DNA from: an uncultured Campylobacterales bacterium
Lineage (GTDB): Bacteria > Campylobacterota > Campylobacteria > Campylobacterales > Arcobacteraceae
Length of the DNA: 64,000 bases
Reading direction: 5' to 3'
Assembly (NCBI GenBank): GCA_947494995.1
Contig: CANLWY010000009.1
Span: forward strand, 15,945-79,944
The translations under genes were made by a program, and so were the position numbers. Shown here one piece after another: positions 27,407 through 36,280 of the stretch (its first letter is position 1; every line of letters starts with the position of its first letter). A model generated the notes under the pieces. The model did no database searches, was not told the DNA's origin, and was given only the letters and a program-made list of their open reading frames with translations.

Positions 27407-28417
27407 ATGAATAAAAATCTAACAAGATTTTATATTATATTTGTTTTTCTCTCTATATTAAATTATTTTTTATATACACTTATCAAAAACAATTATATAC
27501 TCAGTATTCTTGAAGATAAACTTTTATTATTTCTAATAATATTATTTATTATACTATTGATACTTTTTGTATTGATTTTAATTCTAAGAGAGGTGTATCA
27601 GAATAGGGCCTTGTGTAAAAAATTAGAAAAAAAAGAAAAATTATTAAAAAATAGAAATAAAAAGATTGCTGAATTGAGAAAGAAAATTATTATAAATAGA
27701 GAAAATGACAGAATCTTTTTTGAAAAGTCAAAAATTTCATCAATGAATGAACTAATATTAAATATAACACACTTTTGGAGACAACCTTTATCTATAATTT
27801 CTACTTTATCAACAAGTATGCAAATTCATAATGAGTTAGGAACAATATCAAGTAATGATATAAATAAAAACAATGAAATGATAAATAAAAATGCTCAATA
27901 TCTCTCTTCTATAATTGAAAAGTTTACTAAACCATCAAGAAAAAGGAAAAAAGAACTTTTTAACATTGAACAATTGTTAAATGATATTTTAAAACATACT
28001 AAATCTCAACAGATTGTACTTCAAAATTATTTAAAGTGTAGTTTTACTATTTTTAATCATAAAGACGAGTTAGTTCAAGTATTAGTGAATTTGTTACAAA
28101 ATTCATTTGAAGTTTTTGAAAAAAGATCTATTGATGAGAAATATGTTTTGCTAAGTTTCAATACTGATGAAGATAGTTTAATAATTAAAATCAAAGATAC
28201 TGCTGGTGGATTTGAAGAGAATATTCTATCTAAAGTTTTTGAACCTTATACAACTACAAAACAGAAGTCTATAGGTGTAGGTTTAGGTCTTTTTTTATCT
28301 TATATAATTGTAAGTGATATTCTAATTGGTAAAATAGATGTTAAAAATGAAGAGTTTAGTTATAAAAATAGAGACTATAAAGGAGCTTCATTTAATATAA
28401 GAATACCTTTTTGTTGA
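27407..28417 (+). CDS. sensor histidine kinase (orphan, no adjacent response regulator)
   Basis: 336 aa with two N-terminal TM helices. The kinase boxes are the H-box ITHFWRQPLSIIS, the N-box LVNLLQNSFEV, G1 DTAGGF and G2 GVGLGLFLS. Confidence 0.8.
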   Translation: MNKNLTRFYIIFVFLSILNYFLYTLIKNNYILSILEDKLLLFLIILFIILLILFVLILILREVYQNRALCKKLEKKEKLLKNRNKKIAELRKKIIINRENDRIFFEKSKISSMNELILNITHFWRQPLSIISTLSTSMQIHNELGTISSNDINKNNEMINKNAQYLSSIIEKFTKPSRKRKKELFNIEQLLNDILKHTKSQQIVLQNYLKCSFTIFNHKDELVQVLVNLLQNSFEVFEKRSIDEKYVLLSFNTDEDSLIIKIKDTAGGFEENILSKVFEPYTTTKQKSIGVGLGLFLSYIIVSDILIGKIDVKNEEFSYKNRDYKGASFNIRIPFC

Positions 28418-28543
28418 AAAAATGTTGACTATAATTATCAACTTTAAACTTGATTTATATCATATTATTTTAATCTAAATCTGCTATGATTATGAGATAA
28501 GATAATAAAAATTAAACTATACTTATATAATAAGGATTGTATC

Positions 28544-29224
28544 ATGAGTGAAATACATGAGTTTTTCAACAGACAGATAAAACTATGGGGTGAGGAGACT
28601 CAAGACTCTTTACAAGACAAAAGTGTTGCTATTATAGGAAGTGGAGGATTAGGATGTACTCTTGGTATTGCCTTAGGAGCTTCTGGTATTGGAAACTTTA
28701 CTTTTGTTGATTTTGATGAGGTAGGTGTTCACAATATCCATAGACAAATTGGATTTAAAGTTGGAGATGATGGAAAATATAAAGCTGATGTTTTAAAAGA
28801 TTTAATTGAAGCTAGATGTCCATATACAAAAGTTACAGCATATAAAGAGTCTTTTCAAGAGTTTGCAAAAAGAGGACTTACTTTTGATTTAATTATTGAT
28901 GCAACAGATAACTTACCAACAAGAGCTGCTATAAATGAATATTGTATTGAAAATAATCAGCCTTGGATTTATGGTTCAGTAGAAGAGTTTCATGGTCAAG
29001 TTTGTTTCTTTGAAAAAGCATCATATGAAGCAGTATTTCAAATCAATGATAGAAAACCAAATGGTATTGCTTGTCCAATTGTTATGCACATTGGTTCTTT
29101 ACAAGCAAACTTAGCTATTAGACATTTATCTGGACTTCCTGTTAAAAAAGATGTTTTATACTATCTATCATTTGATCAAGATGGTGTTTTACAAAACCAA
29201 AAATTTAATTTACCTACAAACTAA
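28544..29224 (+). CDS. ThiF/MoeB/HesA-family E1-like adenylyltransferase
   Basis: 226 aa. FNRQIKLWGEE, the nucleotide loop IIGSGGLGC, and FVDFDEVGVHNIHRQ. Confidence 0.8.
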   Translation: MSEIHEFFNRQIKLWGEETQDSLQDKSVAIIGSGGLGCTLGIALGASGIGNFTFVDFDEVGVHNIHRQIGFKVGDDGKYKADVLKDLIEARCPYTKVTAYKESFQEFAKRGLTFDLIIDATDNLPTRAAINEYCIENNQPWIYGSVEEFHGQVCFFEKASYEAVFQINDRKPNGIACPIVMHIGSLQANLAIRHLSGLPVKKDVLYYLSFDQDGVLQNQKFNLPTN

Positions 29225-29225
29225 T

Positions 29226-29249
29226 TAAGTATCCTTTTTAGGATACTTA
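29226..29249 (+). terminator. hairpin after the ThiF-like gene
   Basis: TAAGTATCC-ttttta-GGATACTTA starts right after the stop at 29224. A T-rich run begins about 10 nt downstream. Confidence 0.45.
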
Positions 29250-29364
29250 GTTCTTACTTTTTAATACTAACTTTCATATTCATTTTCAAACTTAAAAACA
29301 GCTTTATTTTTTATCTTAATAGGAGTATAATTTTGATAAGGAAATAAATTATAAGGAGGAGAAA

Positions 29365-30264
29365 ATGAAATGGGAAAAAGTTAGAAAGCTATACTTATTT
29401 AACTTATGTATTGTTGTTGCTTGTTTTTTTATTACAGGTTGTGGACCAAGTACAAAATCTAATACTTATGTTAAACCTAAACCTATTGATGCCCCTGAAG
29501 GAAAAGTTTCTTTTAAGAATACTTCAGAGTATAAAAAACTGTTAAGAGATAGGGATAATCATGAAAAATGGCTTGATAATTTGGAAAAACAGAGATATGC
29601 TTTAGATTATAAAAGAACTCAACCAATGGTTAAGTTTCATGGAGTAGCTAAAGGTGCAGGTGCTAGTGGAATGGTTAATGCAGAAGGTATGAGTAATGAT
29701 CCTTTAGGTGATTTAAAAAGAGATCAATGGCAATATGAATCTGTTATTCATCAAATAAATGTTTTAACAAATGATCTAAATAAAATCAACAATAAGATAC
29801 ATAGTTTAAATACAGAATCATATAAATCTTGTTTTCCAAAAGATACTAAAATATTAACAAGTGAAAATAAGTTTAAAAAAATTTCTGATATAAAAATAGG
29901 AGATGAAGTTCTTGTTTATGATATTGCAAATGATAATGTCTCAAAATCAATTGTAAAAGAAAAATATGTTGATGAAAACAATCATGTCTATAAAGTTAAT
30001 AATTCAATTGAAGCAACTGCCTATGAACGATTTTTAACAAAAAAAGGTTGGAAAAAAATAAGTGAGTTAAAAAAAGGTGATTTAATTTTTAATGGTAATA
30101 GCTTTGAAAAAGTTTTTAATGTTTTAAAAATGGAAAAAGATTTGATTGTTTACAATTTACATATTGAATCAAGTCATAACTTTTTTGTATCAAAAGATGG
30201 AGAATCTTCATATTTAGTTCATAATACCGGTGGAGGTAGTGGTGGAAGTGGAGGAGGAAAATGA
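29365..30264 (+). CDS. lipoprotein with a C-terminal Hint (intein-like / BIL-type) autoprocessing domain
   Basis: Strong RBS AAGGAGGAG and lipobox FITG-C (Cys26). Residues 156-287 (nt 29830-30225) read CFPKDTKILT...VYNLHIESSHNFFVSKDGESSYLVHN, followed by a Thr and then only GGGSGGSGGGK. Confidence 0.7.
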   Translation: MKWEKVRKLYLFNLCIVVACFFITGCGPSTKSNTYVKPKPIDAPEGKVSFKNTSEYKKLLRDRDNHEKWLDNLEKQRYALDYKRTQPMVKFHGVAKGAGASGMVNAEGMSNDPLGDLKRDQWQYESVIHQINVLTNDLNKINNKIHSLNTESYKSCFPKDTKILTSENKFKKISDIKIGDEVLVYDIANDNVSKSIVKEKYVDENNHVYKVNNSIEATAYERFLTKKGWKKISELKKGDLIFNGNSFEKVFNVLKMEKDLIVYNLHIESSHNFFVSKDGESSYLVHNTGGGSGGSGGGK

Positions 30265-30980
30265 AAACTTTTAAATATATCTATATTGTCATAGTTGTTT
30301 TATTATTTACTGGTTGTGTTAAGGATTTAAAAAGTGTTTATTTTAATGAAGAAGGAGATAGAAATTATAAGGAAGGAAGCTATTTAAAGTCTGTTGAATC
30401 ATATAAAAAAGCAGCATTAAATGGAAATGCTTATGCTTACTATAGATTGTATGAAATATATAAATATGGTAAATATGGGGTTAAAAGAGATATTAACTTA
30501 TCAAATGAAATGATAAAGAAAGCTGTTGAATTGGGTGATTATCGTGCAGAATACATTTATTCTTTAAGATTTTTATATTCTTCAAACCCAAATATTGAAA
30601 AAGCAATTAATTTATTGAAATCTTCTGCAAAAAAAGAATATCCTTATGCATATTTAGAACTTGGACATCTTTATTTATATGGATACGGTGTTGAACAGGA
30701 TAAAGAAAGAGCTATAGGATATTATAGATTAGCTAATTCCTTTGGTTTAAAAACACCAGATGTAAATAGTGTAAAAACAAAAGTACTTACAAAAAAGGAA
30801 ATAATTAGAAAAATTCAAAGTAATCTTAAAAAATTAGGTTTTTATAATTCTAGTATCGATGGTATAACAGGTCCAATGACAAGAAAAGCAATATCATCTT
30901 TTCAAAGATATTATGATTATCCTATTGATACCAAAGCTAGTCAAAAAGTTTTGGAACAAATAAAAAGGGAATTAAGATAG
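30261..30980 (+). CDS. lipoprotein with Sel1-like repeats and a C-terminal peptidoglycan-binding (PG_binding_1-like) domain
   Basis: Lipobox LFTG-C. Sel1-type repeats include AALNGNAYAYYRLYEIYKYGKYGVKRD and EYPYAYLELGHLYLYGYGVEQDKERAIGYY. The C-terminus is LGFYNSSIDGITGPMTRKAISSFQRYYDYP. The ATG overlaps the upstream TGA (ATGA). Confidence 0.75.
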   Translation: MKTFKYIYIVIVVLLFTGCVKDLKSVYFNEEGDRNYKEGSYLKSVESYKKAALNGNAYAYYRLYEIYKYGKYGVKRDINLSNEMIKKAVELGDYRAEYIYSLRFLYSSNPNIEKAINLLKSSAKKEYPYAYLELGHLYLYGYGVEQDKERAIGYYRLANSFGLKTPDVNSVKTKVLTKKEIIRKIQSNLKKLGFYNSSIDGITGPMTRKAISSFQRYYDYPIDTKASQKVLEQIKRELR

Positions 30981-31007
30981 TTAGGAGAATTCTCCTAACT
31001 ATTTTTT
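30980..31007 (+). terminator. rho-independent terminator closing the lipoprotein pair
   Basis: GTTAGGAGAATTCTCCTAAC is a perfect palindrome and is followed by TATTTTTT. Confidence 0.7.
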
Positions 31008-31073
31008 AAGCACTTTTTAGATACACTATCCAAATTTTTAACTACATAATTGAAACTATTACGGGGAACATAA

Positions 31074-34000
31074 ATGCCAAAACGAGAAGACATAAAATCT
31101 ATTTTACTTATTGGTTCAGGACCAATTGTTATTGGACAAGCGTGTGAGTTTGACTACTCTGGAACACAAGCTACAAAAACGCTTAAAGAGTTAGGATATA
31201 GAGTTGTACTTATTAACTCTAACCCAGCTACTATTATGACTGATCCAGAATTTGCTGATAAAACTTATATTGAGCCGATTACGGAAGAGGTTGTTGCAAA
31301 AATTATTGAAAAAGAGAAAATTGATGCTGTTTTACCTACAATGGGTGGGCAAACAGCACTTAATGTTGCAACTTCAATGTATGATAAAGGGATGTTAGAT
31401 GGAGTACAATTCCTTGGTGCTCATCCTGATGCAATTAAAAAAGGTGAAGATAGACAGCTTTTCAACGAAGCAATGATTAAAATTGGTATGGATTTACCAA
31501 AAAGTGCAAATGCTTATACTGTTGATGAAGCTATTACAAAAGCAAAAGAGATTGGTTTCCCAGTAATTTCTAGAGCGTCATTTACCCTAGCAGGTGGAGG
31601 TTCTGGTGTTGCTTATAATATGGAAGAGTTCAAAGCCTTAGCCGAAGCAGGAATTGAAGCTTCACCAATCAATGAAATTGAAATTATGGAATCAATGCTT
31701 GGATGGAAAGAGTATGAAATGGAAGTTATCAGAGACAAAAAAGATAACTGTATTATTGTATGTTCTATTGAAAACTTAGATCCAATGGGAGTTCACACAG
31801 GTGACTCTGTTACTATTGCCCCAGCACTTACTCTTACAGATAAAGAGTATCAAAACATGAGAAATGCATCTTTTGCAATCTTAAGAGAGATTGGTGTTGA
31901 TACTGGTGGATCAAACGTTCAGTTTTCAATTTGTCCAAAAACTGGAAGAATGATTGTTATTGAAATGAATCCAAGAGTTTCTAGATCTTCTGCTCTTGCT
32001 TCAAAAGCAACTGGATATCCTATTGCTAAAGTTGCAACTTTACTTGCAGTTGGATTTACTCTTGATGAAATTGAAAATGATATTACAGGTACAACGGCAT
32101 CGTTTGAGCCAGTAATTGACTATATTGTTACAAAGATTCCAAGATTTACTTTTGAAAAATTCCCTAAAGCAAATTCTACGCTTACAACTGGTATGAAATC
32201 TGTTGGTGAAGTTATGTCTATGGGTAGAACATTTAATGAATCTATTCAAAAAGCTCTTTGTTCTATGGAGACTGGAATTGTAGGATTTGATCCTATTTGT
32301 GATGATTTAGAAAAAATCAAAGCAGAGATTAGAAGACCAAATGCTGATAGATTAAGATATGTAATGGAAGCATATAGAAAAGGTCTTACAAATGAAGAGA
32401 TTTTTGAGTTATGTGCTATTGATCCATGGTTCTTAAGTAAATTTAGAGAAATATATAATATTGAAAAATCAATTGATGAATCAATTTTAAGTGATGAATT
32501 TAAGATGAGAAATGCAAAAACAAATGGTTTCTCAGATGCAATGATTGCGCAACTTATTGGAAAATCTGAAGAAGATATTTATAAAGCTAGAAAAGAGTTA
32601 GATGTTAACTTTGAATATAATGAAGTTGATACTTGTGCTGCTGAGTTTAAAGCACTTACTCCTTACCTTTATTCAACAACTAATATTACAAAACTTCCAA
32701 AGCAAGTAAAACAAGATGATGATAAAAAAGTATTAATTATTGGTGGTGGACCAAACAGAATTGGTCAAGGTATTGAGTTTGATTATTGTTGTGTACACGC
32801 TTCATTTGCATTAAATGAAATTGGTGTAAAAACAATAATGTATAACTGTAACCCAGAAACTGTATCAACAGACTATGATACATCAGATATTTTATATTTT
32901 GAGCCAATTGATTTTGAACACGTAAGATCTGTAATTGAGCAAGAGAATCCAGATGGAATTATTGTACACTTTGGTGGACAAACTCCTCTTAAATTAGCTA
33001 ATCAAATTCATGATTTTGGTGGAAAAATTATTGGTACAACAGCAGAGGTTATTGATTTAGCAGAAGATAGAGAAAAGTTCTCAACTTTTGTTGAAGAGGT
33101 AGGATTACTACAACCAGATAATGGTACAGCTGTAGAAGTAGAAGAAGCAATAGAAATCGCTGAGAGAATTGGATATCCTGTACTTGTAAGACCATCTTTT
33201 GTACTTGGTGGTAGAGGTATGAGAATCGTTTATTCTACAGAAGAGTTAAAGAAATATATGGATGAAGCAGTATCTGTTTCAAATGATGCTCCTGTACTTA
33301 TTGATAAATTCTTAGATAGAGCAATTGAACTTGATGTTGATTGTATTTGTGATGGTAAAGAAGTTTATATTGGTGGAATCATGCAACATATTGAAGAAGC
33401 TGGTGTTCACTCAGGTGACTCTGCTTGTTCTCTTCCTCCTGTATCAATCTCTGATGAGTTAATCAAAGAGCTTGAAGAAAAAACAAAAGCTATGGCACTT
33501 GGACTAGGTGTTGTAGGTCTTATGAATACTCAGTATGCAATTCACAAAGGCAAAATCTTCTTAATTGAAGTAAATCCAAGAGCTTCTAGAACAGTTCCTT
33601 TTGTATCTAAAGCAACTGGTATGCCACTTGCAAAAGTAGCAACTAGAGTTATGTGGGGTGAATCTCTAAGATCTGCACTTGATGTTTATAATTCTGATAT
33701 TGTATATGAAGATAATGGAGTATTAAAACCAATTTTAAAAGAGCATATTGCTGTTAAAGAAGCAGTTTTCCCATTTAATAAACTATCTGGTTCTGATCCA
33801 ATCTTAACACCTGAAATGAAATCTACAGGTGAGGTTATGGGTATTTCTGATAACTTTGGTGAATCTTATGCAAAAGCACAAAGTGCTGCTAAAAATGGAT
33901 TACCAACAGAAGGAAAAGTGTTTATCTCTTTATGTGATTTAGATAAAGAGTTTGCACCAGAAATTGCAAAAAGTTTAGTTGATGAAGGTTTTACAGTAGT

Positions 34001-34313
34001 TGCTACTGGTGGAACTCATAAAGCTATTACTGATGCAGGTATTGAGTGTGAAAAAGTACTTAAAATTTCTGAAGGTAGACCAAATATTACGGATGCAATC
34101 ACTAATGGTGAAATTGCATTAGCATTTAATACTTCAGATGGTAAAGAATCATCTAAATCAGATGGTCAAGATATCAGAAGAGCAGTATTAAAAGAGAATG
34201 TTCCTTATGGTACTACTGCTGCAACTGCATTAGCTTGTATTGAAGGAATGAAAGCATTAAGACAAAAAGATGGATTAGGTGTTAAGTCTATCCAAGAATT
34301 TTTAAATGACTAA
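31074..34313 (+). CDS. carB: carbamoyl-phosphate synthase large subunit
   Basis: 1079 aa. [24 protein letters not shown] is duplicated as [24 protein letters not shown], giving two ATP-grasp halves. The C-terminal MGS-like domain is also present. Confidence 0.97.
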   Translation: MPKREDIKSILLIGSGPIVIGQACEFDYSGTQATKTLKELGYRVVLINSNPATIMTDPEFADKTYIEPITEEVVAKIIEKEKIDAVLPTMGGQTALNVATSMYDKGMLDGVQFLGAHPDAIKKGEDRQLFNEAMIKIGMDLPKSANAYTVDEAITKAKEIGFPVISRASFTLAGGGSGVAYNMEEFKALAEAGIEASPINEIEIMESMLGWKEYEMEVIRDKKDNCIIVCSIENLDPMGVHTGDSVTIAPALTLTDKEYQNMRNASFAILREIGVDTGGSNVQFSICPKTGRMIVIEMNPRVSRSSALASKATGYPIAKVATLLAVGFTLDEIENDITGTTASFEPVIDYIVTKIPRFTFEKFPKANSTLTTGMKSVGEVMSMGRTFNESIQKALCSMETGIVGFDPICDDLEKIKAEIRRPNADRLRYVMEAYRKGLTNEEIFELCAIDPWFLSKFREIYNIEKSIDESILSDEFKMRNAKTNGFSDAMIAQLIGKSEEDIYKARKELDVNFEYNEVDTCAAEFKALTPYLYSTTNITKLPKQVKQDDDKKVLIIGGGPNRIGQGIEFDYCCVHASFALNEIGVKTIMYNCNPETVSTDYDTSDILYFEPIDFEHVRSVIEQENPDGIIVHFGGQTPLKLANQIHDFGGKIIGTTAEVIDLAEDREKFSTFVEEVGLLQPDNGTAVEVEEAIEIAERIGYPVLVRPSFVLGGRGMRIVYSTEELKKYMDEAVSVSNDAPVLIDKFLDRAIELDVDCICDGKEVYIGGIMQHIEEAGVHSGDSACSLPPVSISDELIKELEEKTKAMALGLGVVGLMNTQYAIHKGKIFLIEVNPRASRTVPFVSKATGMPLAKVATRVMWGESLRSALDVYNSDIVYEDNGVLKPILKEHIAVKEAVFPFNKLSGSDPILTPEMKSTGEVMGISDNFGESYAKAQSAAKNGLPTEGKVFISLCDLDKEFAPEIAKSLVDEGFTVVATGGTHKAITDAGIECEKVLKISEGRPNITDAITNGEIALAFNTSDGKESSKSDGQDIRRAVLKENVPYGTTAATALACIEGMKALRQKDGLGVKSIQEFLND

Positions 34314-34756
34314 TGGACAAAAATAAAGTATATTTAGTTCAAACTGATACTACAGTTGGTTTCTCATCGTCAAACGGTGAGAAACTATCTTCAATAAAAC
34401 AAAGACCCCTTTCTCAAAAAATACTTCAAACGGTAGATTCTTTTAAAACTTTAAGAGCAAATACAAGAGTTCCAAAAGAGTTTAGAAAAAAAGTTAGAAA
34501 TTCAAAAAGAACAACTTTTATTTATCCAAATACTAAATCTTTTAGAGTAATTGATAAAGATGATGCTTTTTATCCTTTTATAAATAAGTTTAAACAACAG
34601 TATTCTACTTCTGCAAATTTGACAGGGAATAAATATGATGAAAGTTTTGCAAAAGAGAATAGTGATGTTATTGTTTATTCAAAAGATGGCTTTAATGAAA
34701 CTCTATCTTCTTCTATATATAAACTTACTAATAAAAAAATAAAAAAAATAAGATAA
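34313..34756 (+). CDS. YrdC/Sua5-domain protein (short form)
   Basis: 147 aa. VYLVQTDTTVGFSS...TTFIYPN...STSANLTGNKYDE resembles the YrdC/YciO fold. The ATG overlaps the carB TAA. Confidence 0.6.
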   Translation: MDKNKVYLVQTDTTVGFSSSNGEKLSSIKQRPLSQKILQTVDSFKTLRANTRVPKEFRKKVRNSKRTTFIYPNTKSFRVIDKDDAFYPFINKFKQQYSTSANLTGNKYDESFAKENSDVIVYSKDGFNETLSSSIYKLTNKKIKKIR

Positions 34757-34789
34757 ATATCGTTAAAATAAAATAAAAAAAGAATATAA

Positions 34790-36091
34790 ATGTTTCTACA
34801 AAGAGAAAAAGAATTACAAGAGTTAGAAAAAAGTTATAATAGTGCAACTTCATCTTTAAAGTTTGTATATGGACCTAAAAATGTTGGGAAAACAACTTTA
34901 TCACAACAATATATAAAAGATAAAGAAAGTATCTATTTTGCAAATCATGAAATGATTCCTTCTCAGTTTTTTACTAATATGGCAAATACTATTAGTGAAT
35001 ACTTTCATAATGTAAAAACTGTTGGTATTCCATTTAAATCTTTTGAGAATATTTTAGAGTTTTTAGATAAACAAAAAATAGATAAAAAACTAGTTTTGGT
35101 TTTTGATGATTTTCAAAATGTATTAAAAGTAGATAAACATAGTTTAGAAAATTTGTTAAAATTTTGGAAGAAAAAATTAAAAAATAAAAATCTTCAAATA
35201 ATTATAGTAAGTTCACTTCTTTTTAGTGATAAAGATAGTGAGATTGAATCTTGTGCATCTGTATTAAAGCTTGGATATTTAGATTTTATTTCAATAAAAG
35301 AGTTTTTCCCTGAAATGAATAGATTAGACCAACTTTATGTATACTCTTTATTAGGAACAACTCCTACAAACTTGAAGTTTTATAATTCAAAAATTGAGTT
35401 TACAGAGAACATATTTAATCTATTTTTATCTGCAAATTCATATCTTTTTGATTATGGGATTAGAGTTTTGAAAAGTGAAATTAGTGATATAGGAACTTAT
35501 TCTTCAATTCTTCATGCAATATCAAAAGAGAATACAAAAATAGGAGATATTGCAAGTTTTTTAGATGTAAAGTCAACTTATCTTACAAGGTATCTTCAAA
35601 AGCTTATAGATATGATGATTATAAAAAAAGTTGTTCCAATTGGAGAAGATAAAAAATCTTCAAAATTTGGAAGGTATGAAATATTAGACAATGCTTTAAA
35701 GTTTTGGTTCTCTTATATATATCCAAACTTGACAGCTCTTCAACAAAATGACGTAAAAGATGTAAGTAAACAGATTCAAGATGAGTTTATTAGTAAAACA
35801 GTTTTTTTATCTTATAAAAAATGTATAAAAGAATTTATTCATAAAAGTCAAGAAAATATTTTTGGATATACACCAAATGAGATTGGAAGTTGGTGGGATA
35901 ATCAGAATAATAATATAGATTTACTTGCTTTTGATAGAAAGATTGTGACTTTTGTACAGATACTTTGGGAAGAAAAAGATATGGCAAAAATATCTTATGG
36001 AAAGCTAAAATCCACATCTGAAAAGTTTGAAACATCTCTAGAAAAAAAATATATAATTGTTTCAAAAGATACTTTTTTTAATATGAAATAA
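34790..36091 (+). CDS. AAA-type ATPase with a DUF234 / winged-helix C-terminal region
   Basis: 433 aa. Walker A is GPKNVGKTTL and Walker B is LVLVFDDFQ. A later wHTH-like segment reads IGDIASFLDVKSTYLTRYLQKLIDMMIIKKV, followed by a DUF234-like tail. Confidence 0.7.
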   Translation: MFLQREKELQELEKSYNSATSSLKFVYGPKNVGKTTLSQQYIKDKESIYFANHEMIPSQFFTNMANTISEYFHNVKTVGIPFKSFENILEFLDKQKIDKKLVLVFDDFQNVLKVDKHSLENLLKFWKKKLKNKNLQIIIVSSLLFSDKDSEIESCASVLKLGYLDFISIKEFFPEMNRLDQLYVYSLLGTTPTNLKFYNSKIEFTENIFNLFLSANSYLFDYGIRVLKSEISDIGTYSSILHAISKENTKIGDIASFLDVKSTYLTRYLQKLIDMMIIKKVVPIGEDKKSSKFGRYEILDNALKFWFSYIYPNLTALQQNDVKDVSKQIQDEFISKTVFLSYKKCIKEFIHKSQENIFGYTPNEIGSWWDNQNNNIDLLAFDRKIVTFVQILWEEKDMAKISYGKLKSTSEKFETSLEKKYIIVSKDTFFNMK

Positions 36092-36119
36092 TCAAAATCA
36101 ACTTTAAAATACCTTAATA

Positions 36120-36139
36120 AATATGTTGCTTAACATATT
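36120..36139. promoter_or_regulatory. inverted repeat AATATGTT-N4-AACATATT, copy 1
   Basis: AATATGTTgcttAACATATT lies in the 189-nt gap upstream of the giant gene. Confidence 0.4.
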
Positions 36140-36183
36140 GATATAAATAGACACTATTACTATTTTATAGGCTATATAATTTA

Positions 36184-36203
36184 AATATGTTTTAAAACAT
36201 ATT
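36184..36203. promoter_or_regulatory. inverted repeat AATATGTT-N4-AACATATT, copy 2 (perfect 20-bp palindrome)
   Basis: AATATGTTttaaAACATATT has the same arms as copy 1. The two centres are 64 bp apart. Confidence 0.4.
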
Positions 36204-36238
36204 AATATATAAAAAATAAATATATAAAAATATAATTT

Positions 36239-36247
36239 TGATATAAT
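36239..36247 (+). promoter_or_regulatory. extended -10 box (TGaTATAAT) for the giant gene
   Basis: TG at 36239-36240 and TATAAT at 36242-36247, 34 nt upstream of ATG 36281. Confidence 0.35.
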
Positions 36248-36280
36248 ATTTTATTAAATTGTATTATTGAGGAAATTATT

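Noticed and set aside
19600-28420. The radC / R-M / TA / XRE / HK block as a bounded genomic island or integrative element.
   Set aside because: No integrase, transposase, tRNA attachment site or flanking direct repeats are visible in the window. Island status can only be tested by comparative genomics.
29830-30225. The Hint module as a canonical mobile intein.
   Set aside because: It has no homing-endonuclease domain and no meaningful C-extein (12 Gly/Ser-rich residues). It is located at the end of a lipoprotein, not in a conserved enzyme active site. It is better described as a BIL or Hedgehog-type autoprocessing domain.
28544-30264. A ThiF/E1-like gene next to the Hint protein, together with the JAB-domain RadC 8 kb away, as a ubiquitin-like conjugation (Bil or CBASS Cap2/Cap3-type) defence system.
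   Set aside because: There is no E2-like or ubiquitin-like gene. The ThiF-like gene is followed by its own hairpin and a 140-nt gap. RadC is separated from it by the whole R-M locus. The E1-like protein looks like the ordinary short ThiF/MoeB housekeeping form.
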